The translations under genes and the position numbers were made by a program. Below are positions 1 through 8,827 of a stretch of 64,000 nucleotides of DNA, piece by piece; the stretch's first letter is position 1, and each line of letters opens with the position of its first letter. The stretch comes from Oceanispirochaeta sp. (GTDB lineage: Bacteria > Spirochaetota > Spirochaetia > DSM-2461), in contig CAXXXD010000002.1 in assembly GCA_963663385.2 (NCBI GenBank), positions 320,001-384,000 of the forward strand, in the 5' to 3' direction. The notes beneath the pieces are model-generated. The model saw only the letters and a list, made by a program, of their open reading frames with translations. It searched no databases and was not told where the DNA came from.

Positions 1-1132
1 AGATTCTGAATGTATAGGGCGTTCCGTACCTGTCACTCAGGAAACCGCCGGAATAAACACCGAGAATAACTCCGATATTACAGGCTGCTTCATGAAATGC
101 CATACTGCGTTCCCGGTTTGTGCTGCCGGTTGTCATATAGTATTGCCCGAGAATATAGGTAAAACTGTAGTTCATACCGTACAGAGACAGAATAACAATC
201 AGCTGCCATGGGCTCTCTGCTGTTGTCAGGAAAATCAGCAGGATAAGTGTTGCAAACTGATTCAGGGGGATTAAAAAACCTTTAAAATGCCAACCCTTCC
301 AACGGCCCCATAATGAGAATCCCACAGCTGCAAACAGCTGTCGGAAAACCAGTATGACTCCCACAAGCCCTTCGCGGAATCCCAGCGTTTCTTTCATAAA
401 CGCCGGAAAAATATAGATGATGAAACCGGTGGCAATGTAGGATGAGATAACACCAAACCATGCCGGATAGCGTAAAGGGGTCATCTCCGTTATACCGCTC
501 TCTATCTCAGAGGGGTTTTCTCCTTGGGCTTCTGCCAGTAACCGAGCTTTTTTTATCTCCTCATGCCCCTTTTTCATTTCCGGAAAAAGGTGGGAAAAAA
601 CAGGGAGGAGAATACTGATGAAGGTATAGATAACAACTGCCATAATAAGAGGGAGCGCCACGTGGACCTCTGCCAGGGCTCCTCCGATTGCAGGAGCCAG
701 AATCCCTCCGGAAGACCATGAGAAGTTATACTGCGACATGGTTCGACTTAATGATACACCTTCGAGACCCCATGAAATCCATCCCGATATACGGGGCCAG
801 AACAGGGCTGTTCCGAAACCGTATAAACAGTTGAAAACCAGTGTAATTCCCCAGACGGGAAAGAGAAGGTAGGTCGCAACGGAAGCAGCCATAATTGTTG
901 TAGAAAAACCGATAAAGTACCGTGGATGGGTATTCCTGCTCAAAGAAAAACCGATAATCCCGAGCAGATAGGACAAGGTTTGTCCGAGAGTGATAAAACC
1001 GATCATGCTGTGATCGGCATTAAAGATCCTGGTAAGGTAAAAAACCAGACCAAGACCAATCATACCGGTAGCGAGACTGAAAAAAAAAGTTGTGATCATC
1101 AGAATTTTCAAATAACTTGAGTTCCTGGTCAT
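1..1132 (-). CDS. MFS transporter (3' end runs off the window; not in the ORF track)
   Basis: Manual translation from ATG 1132: MTRNSSYLKILMITTFFFSLATGMIGLGLVFYL...LYGFGTALFWPRISGWIS...LSRTMSQYNFSWSSGGILAPAIGGAL; repeated hydrophobic helices with an MFS-like pattern. Confidence 0.8.
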   Translation of the reverse strand, partial: MTRNSSYLKILMITTFFFSLATGMIGLGLVFYLTRIFNADHSMIGFITLGQTLSYLLGIIGFSLSRNTHPRYFIGFSTTIMAASVATYLLFPVWGITLVFNCLYGFGTALFWPRISGWISWGLEGVSLSRTMSQYNFSWSSGGILAPAIGGALAEVHVALPLIMAVVIYTFISILLPVFSHLFPEMKKGHEEIKKARLLAEAQGENPSEIESGITEMTPLRYPAWFGVISSYIATGFIIYIFPAFMKETLGFREGLVGVILVFRQLFAAVGFSLWGRWKGWHFKGFLIPLNQFATLILLIFLTTAESPWQLIVILSLYGMNYSFTYILGQYYMTTGSTNRERSMAFHEAACNIGVILGVYSGGFLSDRYGTPYTFRI

Positions 1133-1241
1133 ATAATCTGAAATCTCTCTCCTTAAATCAATTTAAACAGGGGGATACTGGATTTAAGATGCTGAATCCT
1201 GTAAAAGGTGCAGGGAATGGGGCCGTAGCGGGTATAATCAC

Positions 1242-1382
1242 TCACCTTTCCATCAGTAAGGGCAGGCAGAAAGTGCTAACCTCTGTCGGTGCCTTTTCTG
1301 GGGGTTCTTCCACCAGCTTCAGGGTATCCAGATCAACCGGTCCTGCATCCGGACCGGATGTATTAAAACGAGTCTGATTCAT
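1242..1382 (-). CDS. 46-aa small ORF coupled to the ligase gene; possibly a remnant of a second ATP-grasp gene
   Basis: ATG overlaps the ligase TGA (ATGA at 1379-1382); MNQTRFNTSGPDAGPVDLDTLKLVEEPPEKAPTEVSTFCLPLLMER. Confidence 0.35.
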   Translation of the reverse strand: MNQTRFNTSGPDAGPVDLDTLKLVEEPPEKAPTEVSTFCLPLLMER

Positions 1383-2386
1383 CTGCTGCCTGCTGGTACG
1401 ATCCCCAGTCCGTTCCGTTCCAAAGCGGAATTTATAATCTGCCTGATCAAATCCTGATAGGATATTCCCGATAAACAGCACAGTATGGGCAGGTCGGAAT
1501 CAACAGGGTGAAGTCCTGCAAGAGGGTTTACTTCGATGAAATTCGGTACCCCATCGGCATCCAGGCGGAGATCTATTCTTCCTCCGTCCCTGCATCCCAG
1601 TCCTTTCCAGGCAGCCAGGGCCACATTTTCGCAGGCCTGTCCCAGATCTCCGGATATCAGCCTGTATTCCACATGGTCAAGGTAGTTTTTCTTGGTTTCA
1701 TAGGAATAGGCGGCGCCAGAGAGTTCTTTATGGAAAACCACTTCCATGGGCTGCAGAGCCCTGGCATCCTTTCCTGTTCCCAGAATCCCTACTGTGAATT
1801 CCCTTCCCGGAAGGAAGGTTTCCACCAGCACCGGTTGGCGGTAGGTCTCCAGAAGTTCCACACAGAGCGCTTCCAGATCAGAGCGTGTTTGAACCAGCGA
1901 ACGGTCGCTTATTCCCTTGCCTGTTCCTTCCGCAGCCGGTTTGACAAACAGGGGGAACGGAAGAGTCAGAATTTTCAGATCCTCCAGCGTATCTACAACC
2001 AGAAAATCCGCCGTGGGAACTTTCAGATTCTTCAGTACATGCTTGGTCATCCCTTTATGCAGAGTCAGTCCAAGGATCATGGGATCCGAGAAGGTATAGG
2101 GAATCTGGTAGGCATCCAGCAGGGCGGGGATCTGGGCTTCGCGGCTCAGGCCGAACATTCCTTCTGCAATATTAAAAACCAAATCCCAACGTTCTCCTGC
2201 TGCTATTTTTTCCACCAGAGACTCAATTCCCCCGATACGGCAGGGTTCATGGCCCAGCTCCTTTATGGCATTTTCCAGAGCTTCTATGGTTTCAGGGGCA
2301 TCCAGTTCCGCCGTCTGTTCAGGAGAGAAATTCCTGGCCAGGTATTCATCTCTCAGATTGTATGTCATGCCGATCTGTAATTTCAT
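1379..2386 (-). CDS. D-Ala-D-Ala ligase-like ATP-grasp protein
   Basis: FNIAEG...REAQIPALL, FVKPAAEGTGKGI, ETFLPGREFTVG, GRIDLRLD...FIEVNPLAGL. Confidence 0.85.
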   Translation of the reverse strand: MKLQIGMTYNLRDEYLARNFSPEQTAELDAPETIEALENAIKELGHEPCRIGGIESLVEKIAAGERWDLVFNIAEGMFGLSREAQIPALLDAYQIPYTFSDPMILGLTLHKGMTKHVLKNLKVPTADFLVVDTLEDLKILTLPFPLFVKPAAEGTGKGISDRSLVQTRSDLEALCVELLETYRQPVLVETFLPGREFTVGILGTGKDARALQPMEVVFHKELSGAAYSYETKKNYLDHVEYRLISGDLGQACENVALAAWKGLGCRDGGRIDLRLDADGVPNFIEVNPLAGLHPVDSDLPILCCLSGISYQDLIRQIINSALERNGLGIVPAGSR

Positions 2387-3756
2387 CAGTAAGAACCTCC
2401 GTCCAGGCTGTCATCGGGATAGGCATAAAGCTTTCCCTCATAATTCTTCAACACAAGAGAACCGTCGGAGGTTCCCTGTATGTAGTTGGGGCTGATCGGG
2501 ATTTTACCACCTCCGCCGGGGGCATCAATGACGTAATGGGGTACCGCATAACCCGATGTGAATCCTCTTATACCGCGGATAAGCTCAACACCTTCCTGTA
2601 CGGTAGTCCGGAAGTGGTCCGATCCGGCAATGGGGTCGCATTGGTAGAGATAATAGGGTTTTACCCTGATTTTCATGAGATTCTGAAAGAGCGACGTCAG
2701 GGTTTTTACCTGATTATTCACACCCTTCAGCAGTACGGTCTGACTTCCCAGGGGGATCCCGGCATCAGCCAGACGCCGGCAGGCTTCGGATGACTCAGGG
2801 GTAATCTCGTCGGAGTGGGTGCAGTGAATACTTATCCAGAGGGGGTGATACTTTTTCAGCACCTTAATCAAGCTGGTAGTGATTCTCTGAGGCAGTACCA
2901 TGGGGACCTTGGTTCCAATCCGGATAATCTCCACATGGGGGATTGTCCGGAGACGGCTGAGAAGATACTCCAGGCTGCTTTCGGGAAGGGTCAGGGGATC
3001 TCCTCCGGAGATAAGAACATCTCTGACCTCCGGATGGGCACTGATATAGGTCAGAGCCTTGTCCCAGTCGGATCGGCAGAAGCCGGCTCCACCGTCACCA
3101 ACCACCCTTGAACGGGTACAGTAACGGCAGTTTACGGAACAGATGTTGGTAGCCAGGAATAGAACCCTGTCCGGGTAGCGGTGAAACAGCCCGGGAGCCC
3201 GGCAGCAGCTCTCTTCTCCGAGAGGGTCTTCCGACTCTCCTTCGTTGAGACTGAACTCCTGAGGAATCGGAATAACGGTTCTGCGGAGAGGCTGTTCCGG
3301 ATTTTCCGGATCGATCAGCGAGGCGTAATAGGGGGTGACTGCCAGGGGAAGTTTTCCATCTGACAGGATTAAAGCTTTCTTTTCTTCGTCTGACAGGTTG
3401 AACAGCCGTTCTAACCCTTCCATGGTACGTATCCGGTTACTGAACTGCCAGTACCAGTTGTTCCAGTCCTGGTCGGATATTCCGGGGTAGTACCTGTTTC
3501 TGAAGACCCGGCTACGGATGCTCAGCACGGGGAAGCTGTTTTTGTTTCTGCTGACAGAACCGGATATCTGTACAGACAGGTCAGGTGCTGACTGTAAATG
3601 GGAATTTGGGGGAGGTTCCTCATCTTCAGAGCCGTTTTTTAAAATAGATGTTAAAGATTTAGGGCCAGGGTCCTCTTCAATGGAAGATTTCTCATTAACA
3701 GAAGAGGGGGAGATGCAGGCGCTAGACGCTTGCTGATGAATAATAGAAGTTATCAT
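2386..3756 (-). CDS. kamA: KamA-family radical SAM/PLP aminomutase (lysine 2,3-aminomutase type)
   Basis: CSVNCRYC (CxxxCxxC), HRYPDRVL, SGGDPL, YYLYQCD, VIDAPGGGGKIP (PLP Lys); about 85-aa low-complexity N-terminal extension. Confidence 0.9.
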   Translation of the reverse strand: MITSIIHQQASSACISPSSVNEKSSIEEDPGPKSLTSILKNGSEDEEPPPNSHLQSAPDLSVQISGSVSRNKNSFPVLSIRSRVFRNRYYPGISDQDWNNWYWQFSNRIRTMEGLERLFNLSDEEKKALILSDGKLPLAVTPYYASLIDPENPEQPLRRTVIPIPQEFSLNEGESEDPLGEESCCRAPGLFHRYPDRVLFLATNICSVNCRYCTRSRVVGDGGAGFCRSDWDKALTYISAHPEVRDVLISGGDPLTLPESSLEYLLSRLRTIPHVEIIRIGTKVPMVLPQRITTSLIKVLKKYHPLWISIHCTHSDEITPESSEACRRLADAGIPLGSQTVLLKGVNNQVKTLTSLFQNLMKIRVKPYYLYQCDPIAGSDHFRTTVQEGVELIRGIRGFTSGYAVPHYVIDAPGGGGKIPISPNYIQGTSDGSLVLKNYEGKLYAYPDDSLDGGSY

Positions 3757-4235
3757 CGTCTGCTGATCCTCATTGTCGGCTCACCTCAATGATTTCCGAC
3801 CTAGATAAGAAAGAATTCCGCAACCAGGTTGCGAAAGGATGCCTATTCGCGGTATAAACCGCAGGATCAAAAAACATCACTGTGTGAATAAATGAATTTT
3901 TTTTTATTAAAAGTCAATAGGTTCAGGACTCATATTTTTCTGTTTCAGGAAAGCTGTATTCCCAGTCGTAAAGTCTGGACCGGGGGATTCTTTTTTAAAT
4001 GTTTTATGATAAAGAAATAAAAAATATTCATAATGAAAGAAAATTATTTTGAAGATGACTGCGGGATGGTATTTTTACTGTGTAAAAACTAGGGTTTTTT
4101 TGAAAGAACAGCATATTGAAATACAGTAGTGCAGTACCCCTGAAAAGTGTTTACATTCCCTTTGGGAAGAGAACTATTACAGTTGCTTTTAGAAGGTTCT
4201 GTGCTGGACTTTACCCCCAAACCAATCCCCCCATT

Positions 4236-4259
4236 AAAAACCCGCCTGAAACAGGCGGG
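4236..4259 (-). terminator. Rho-independent terminator after the LysM gene
   Basis: CCCGCCTG-ttt-CAGGCGGG followed by TTTTT on the minus strand. Confidence 0.75.
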
Positions 4260-4282
4260 CCTTGAATATCCGGTTAGGGTAA

Positions 4283-5752
4283 TCAGTTTTCAACAGGCGG
4301 TATTACCAGCACCTGTCCGGGGTAGATCAGATCCGGATTGGGGATTTTTTTCTGGTTCCGCTTCCAGATTTTGGGCCACAGGAAGGGATCGCCGTAGATA
4401 TCGCCGAATCCAGCGATTTTCCACAGACAGTCCCGGTCTTCCGGTTTGTACTGAACCGTATAGGTCTGGCCCACCGCATTGGTCCTGTAGGCTTTTATAT
4501 AGGCTTCGGCCTGAACAAAGAGCTCCTTCGACCGGGCGTAATCCCCTTCGTTTCTGGCTTTAACGCCTTCCTGCCAGAGCTCTTTCGCCTTTTCCAGGAG
4601 CCCTTTAACACTGTTGCTGCTCTGAACCAGCTCTTCTTCCTCTTCTTCGATAATCTCAACCTCTTCCGAGAGGTCTTTGGTCAGATCGTAATTCAGAAGA
4701 TCCGATCCCTCTCCCTCGTAGCTGTCCGCTTCCACTTTAATCAGCGGGTTGCTGTTGAGGAAGTCATTCCCCGACCAGGGATCCGCTTCCAGGATATCCC
4801 CTTCTTCGGACTGTATCATCAGGGTGGAGGCATCTTCCAGTTCGCTCTGAATCTGCATCAGGAGCTGATCGGTTTCACTCTGTTTCTTTCTGGTCTGTGA
4901 CAGGTAGATAACATTCCTGGCTTTGAACTTAGCCTCTTTCAGCTGGGCCTCGCTGGCGGCCAGGTCGTACTGACGGAAACTGGTCATTCCCAGGGAGAGC
5001 ATATCGCTGGCTTCCACAAACTCCTCGCTTGCCCAGATATAAGCCTCTTCCGCCTCTGCATCGGCCAGGTATGCATTGGTGTCCCGTTCCAGGATTCCAA
5101 CCCACCGGATATTTTCAGAGAGCTGACGGTGCAGGTTTCTGGCTTTAAGAGAGGACAGGAAGTAGGCCTCTTTTGCCTCAACCAGTTTTTCCTCTTTGAT
5201 CATCTGCCTGGTGGCTTCAAACTGATCACTTACCTCCCTGTAAGCTTCGGGACTGAACTTATCGGCCTCGATCTCCTTCAGGGCGGCATCCAGCTTGGCC
5301 ATATTGGCAAGACCTTCTGCAATCAGACCCTGCTTTCCAAGTTCAAAGGCTTTATCGGCTTTTTCTATAACACCGGCCAGCAGGGCGCGGGCGCTGTCAG
5401 GATCATTTTCCGCCAGATCGGCGGCTTTATTCAAATCATTATAAGCCTGCTGCATCAGGTCCGGAGCAAAGCGGGATCCTTCTGCTTCTTCCGCTCTCTG
5501 CAGAGCCTGCCGGGCCAGGATCCATTCTTCCCTCGAAACAGGTTCCGGAGCCGGTTCTGGCTCCGGTTCCACTTCGGGCTCCGGGGCAACTTCTACCACC
5601 GTTTTCCCCTGTTCTACTTCGGGTTCAACCACCTCTTCGGGTGCGGTTTCTACCACCTGTTCCTCTTCAACGGGTTCTTCCGGTGTGGATTTACAGGACG
5701 CTGCAATAAATGCGGAAAGGATTAATAATATAAATAGTATTCTTTTGTTCAC
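4283..5752 (-). CDS. Lipoprotein with helical repeats and C-terminal LysM domain (BB0323-like architecture)
   Basis: GTG 5752 with GGAGG SD; lipobox FIAASC; acidic PE-rich linker; DCLWKIA...LWPKIW..N...NPDLIYPGQVLVIP. Confidence 0.85.
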   Translation of the reverse strand: MNKRILFILLILSAFIAASCKSTPEEPVEEEQVVETAPEEVVEPEVEQGKTVVEVAPEPEVEPEPEPAPEPVSREEWILARQALQRAEEAEGSRFAPDLMQQAYNDLNKAADLAENDPDSARALLAGVIEKADKAFELGKQGLIAEGLANMAKLDAALKEIEADKFSPEAYREVSDQFEATRQMIKEEKLVEAKEAYFLSSLKARNLHRQLSENIRWVGILERDTNAYLADAEAEEAYIWASEEFVEASDMLSLGMTSFRQYDLAASEAQLKEAKFKARNVIYLSQTRKKQSETDQLLMQIQSELEDASTLMIQSEEGDILEADPWSGNDFLNSNPLIKVEADSYEGEGSDLLNYDLTKDLSEEVEIIEEEEEELVQSSNSVKGLLEKAKELWQEGVKARNEGDYARSKELFVQAEAYIKAYRTNAVGQTYTVQYKPEDRDCLWKIAGFGDIYGDPFLWPKIWKRNQKKIPNPDLIYPGQVLVIPPVEN

Positions 5753-5974
5753 GAAGGCATTCCTCCCTGGCTCCAGTGTATCACAGGCCGCCCATCCTGA
5801 AAAGGACAGCTGATCACGGTTTAATAGTGAGACCCAACCGGATCTACCCCGTATAGTATACAACTATCAGACGGAAATTTCTTTATTTTTACAACTGCAT
5901 CCATTATAATCGTGAACTGTAGAAGACAGGTTCCGACAGTCTTTGATTAACTCTGAACAGAAGGCGGATTTTCC

Positions 5975-7321
5975 ATGACATTTGATACGGTAATAAAAAA
6001 CGGCAGGATTGTGACAGCTTCCGAATCCTATCATGCGGATATCGGAATTTCAGGAGAGACTATCGCTGCTATCGGCCTTGATCTGAAAGGGGACCGTACT
6101 ATTAATGCTGCGGGAAAACTGGTAACCCCCGGGGCTGTGGATACCCATGTTCACCTGGAGATGCCTATCGGGAAATACACTTCCACCGATGATTTTTTTA
6201 CAGGAACACGGGCCGCCGCCTACGGCGGAACAACAACATTTATCGATTTTGTTGAATCCCGCAAGGATCAGAGTTTTACTGACGCCCTGAAGGAACGGAA
6301 ACGAAAAGCTGAGGCCCGTTCTGTAATCGACTATGCCTTTCATATGACAATAGGTCCCGATGATATGGGTAAACTGGATCAGGTCCCGGCTGCTGTAAAG
6401 GCCGGCTGCCGCAGTTTCAAACTCTATATGGCCTACGGGCTGAAACTGGACGACGGGCAGATGCTGAAAGCCCTTGATGCGGTCAATCAGGCCGGGGCTC
6501 TCTCTGTGGTTCATGCGGAAAACTGGGATATTATCTGTACATTAATCGAGAAGAATATTGCCATGGGTCATGTCGAACCGCGGTGGCATCCCCGCAGCCG
6601 GCCGGCTCTGCTGGAGGGCGAAGCTGTCGGCAGGGTAATCTCCATCGCTTCCTTTCTGGATGCACCGGTTCATATCTTTCATATATCCTGTCCGGAAGCT
6701 ATCCGGAAAGTGGAAGAGGCAAAAGAGCTGGGATTCCCTGTAACGGCGGAAACCTGTCCGCAATATCTCTTTCTGACCTGGGATGTATTTGAAAAACCCG
6801 GAGCGGAGGGGGCTCTGCCGGTCTGTTCTCCCCCTATCCGGAGTCAGGATGATCAGGACGGCCTGTGGTCCTACCTGAGCGGGGGAGCCTTCGATACGGT
6901 CTCCACAGATCACTGCCCCTTCTGCCGCAGTGAGAAAGAAGCCGGGATGGGCGCTTTCAATACCATACCGGGAGGCGTTCCCTCCATAGAAATGCGTTTC
7001 CCCGCCCTTTATTCGAAGGGTGTCAGGGAGGGAATCCTGAGCGAAAATCAGTGGGTGGACCTCTGCTGCTCCACACCGGCCCGTCTGTTCGGTCTGGAAC
7101 GGAAAGGGGATATAACCGTGGGAAAGGATGCGGATCTGGTTGTTTTTGATCCGGAAAAAAAGAAGATTCTCAGTGCTGATACGCTCCATGAAAAAGCGGA
7201 CTGGACTCCATATAACGGACTTGAAGTTACAGGATGGCCGGAAGTTACCATAAGCCGGGGAGATATTCTGGTAGAAAATGACAAGTTCCTGGCAAAGCAG
7301 GGGAGAGGCTCCTATATTTAA
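5975..7321 (+). CDS. hydA: Dihydropyrimidinase / D-hydantoinase
   Basis: PGAVDTHVH, GGTTT, SFKLYMAY, HAEN, AETCPQYL, STDHCPF. Confidence 0.9.
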   Translation: MTFDTVIKNGRIVTASESYHADIGISGETIAAIGLDLKGDRTINAAGKLVTPGAVDTHVHLEMPIGKYTSTDDFFTGTRAAAYGGTTTFIDFVESRKDQSFTDALKERKRKAEARSVIDYAFHMTIGPDDMGKLDQVPAAVKAGCRSFKLYMAYGLKLDDGQMLKALDAVNQAGALSVVHAENWDIICTLIEKNIAMGHVEPRWHPRSRPALLEGEAVGRVISIASFLDAPVHIFHISCPEAIRKVEEAKELGFPVTAETCPQYLFLTWDVFEKPGAEGALPVCSPPIRSQDDQDGLWSYLSGGAFDTVSTDHCPFCRSEKEAGMGAFNTIPGGVPSIEMRFPALYSKGVREGILSENQWVDLCCSTPARLFGLERKGDITVGKDADLVVFDPEKKKILSADTLHEKADWTPYNGLEVTGWPEVTISRGDILVENDKFLAKQGRGSYI

Positions 7322-7539
7322 GGGGTGGACATTATTTTTAAGTATCTGTTAATTAGTTACCTGTCAGGAATGTGACATAAATGTAATAAACGGCAGGCCT
7401 TATGTAGAGATTCTGCCCTTTTTTGCGGCTTTTCCCGCTTACAGCCAAGGATAAGGTCTGACCGGATTGTTTTCCTCATCATCTCCAATATACCCTTATA
7501 CCAATAGAAAATACTGATTAGATAAGGGGATAGATTATT

Positions 7540-8805
7540 ATGGATGGAGAGATTCTTGGTGATAGTTTCTTTAAAAATGTCATCAGGCAGGTTGTTCATG
7601 TTTCGCGCAGCGCGTTCGGCTTGACCGAGAATGCGTCAAAACTGGCCCATAATATTAGAGAGCAGACCGGACAGGCCGGAAGAGTCCTGGATGATAACAG
7701 GGATACCCAGACAGAAATCCGCGAGATACTCGCTAAAACGGCCGGTCTGGCCGAGACCGCTTCTCAGGCCGACCAGGTTTCCCGGTTGGGGCGGGAAAAA
7801 CAGAAGGCCTATCTTCAGGAGATTGACAAGCTTTCCGATTCCATACAGCAGGGAAGTCTGTTCCTTGAAAAATTCCGTGAGAGTTCGGAGGATATAGCCC
7901 GGTTGACCCAGTTGATTATGGAGCTCTCCGGCCGGCTGGATGTACTGGCTATCAATGGAGCTATCGAAGCGGCCCGGGGAGGGGAGGCGGGACGCGGATT
8001 CAGCGTGATCGCCCGGGAAATGAAGAGACTGGCACAGGAGACAAGCGTCTCGGCAGAGGAAGTGGACAAGATTGTAAAAAAGTTTCAGAGTTCCTCCCGG
8101 GAAGTGCAGTCCCTCTTTAAAAAATCCTCAGGTTCAATAGAAAAGAGCCGTTCAGAAGCCGGCGGAATCTACGATATGTTTTTAAAAATCGAAGGCCAGA
8201 ACGATAGGGTTTCGGCGGAATCCCTGGATATCCGTACCCTGCTCGAATCCCTCTCTCTCAGGAATGAAAACAGCAATCTGTCCACCGAAAAAATCCTGGG
8301 CGCCGCGGACAATTCGGGCCGTCAGGTGGATAAGATCGGCAGGCAGTCCACAGAGCTGCATGCGGTTGTCGGGAATCTTCTGGAGGATATGGGGGAAATC
8401 CGTCTGGACTGGCATGAAAAGACGCTGGGAGCCGTCAGGGAAATCGCCGACCGTCTCCGGACCGGTCAGGGTGATTTTACCCCGGCACTGTCATACTGTT
8501 TCGAGGAGTACCCTTATATGGAGCTGCTCTATATTATGGATGAAAGAGGGACTCAGGTCGAACCCAATCTGATTCATCCTGAATTTATAGAGCAGATTGC
8601 TGCCGGAGGGAAAGGGGCGGACAGGCGTTTCAAGGACTACTTTAAAGAACTGGCCGACGGAAAGGATTTCTATATTTCCGGGATCTATGTTTCTACGGCT
8701 GTCAACCACCTCTGCATAACCATTTCTGTTCCTTTCTACCGGGACGGCCGGAAGTATATCCTGGCTGCCGATATGAATCTGGAAAGTTTCGTTATGCAGG
8801 AATAG
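7540..8805 (+). CDS. Soluble methyl-accepting chemotaxis protein with C-terminal Cache/PDC-like domain
   Basis: LAINGAIEAARGGEAGRGFSVIAREMKRLA; no TM segment; C-terminal ELLYIMD..G.Q...DYF...YISGIYVS...CITISVP...ILAAD. Confidence 0.85.
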   Translation: MDGEILGDSFFKNVIRQVVHVSRSAFGLTENASKLAHNIREQTGQAGRVLDDNRDTQTEIREILAKTAGLAETASQADQVSRLGREKQKAYLQEIDKLSDSIQQGSLFLEKFRESSEDIARLTQLIMELSGRLDVLAINGAIEAARGGEAGRGFSVIAREMKRLAQETSVSAEEVDKIVKKFQSSSREVQSLFKKSSGSIEKSRSEAGGIYDMFLKIEGQNDRVSAESLDIRTLLESLSLRNENSNLSTEKILGAADNSGRQVDKIGRQSTELHAVVGNLLEDMGEIRLDWHEKTLGAVREIADRLRTGQGDFTPALSYCFEEYPYMELLYIMDERGTQVEPNLIHPEFIEQIAAGGKGADRRFKDYFKELADGKDFYISGIYVSTAVNHLCITISVPFYRDGRKYILAADMNLESFVMQE

Positions 8806-8827
8806 GTGGAAGCAGCTGTATCGGACT

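Noticed and set aside
1242..3756. RiPP cluster (radical SAM + ATP-grasp + short peptide + MFS)
   Set aside because: The radical SAM is a PLP-dependent KamA type with no SPASM/RRE domain, the ligase is Ddl-like rather than graspetide-type, and the peptide has no recognisable leader or core repeats
3760..3900. Known riboswitch (lysine, SAM-I, c-di-AMP) upstream of kamA
   Set aside because: Only isolated fragments (CTTATC, GCAACC) are present and in the wrong order; kept only as an unclassified structured leader
5540..5690. Repetitive GGTTC-rich DNA as a tandem repeat or CRISPR
   Set aside because: It encodes the PE/VE-rich linker of the LysM lipoprotein and has no repeat-spacer periodicity
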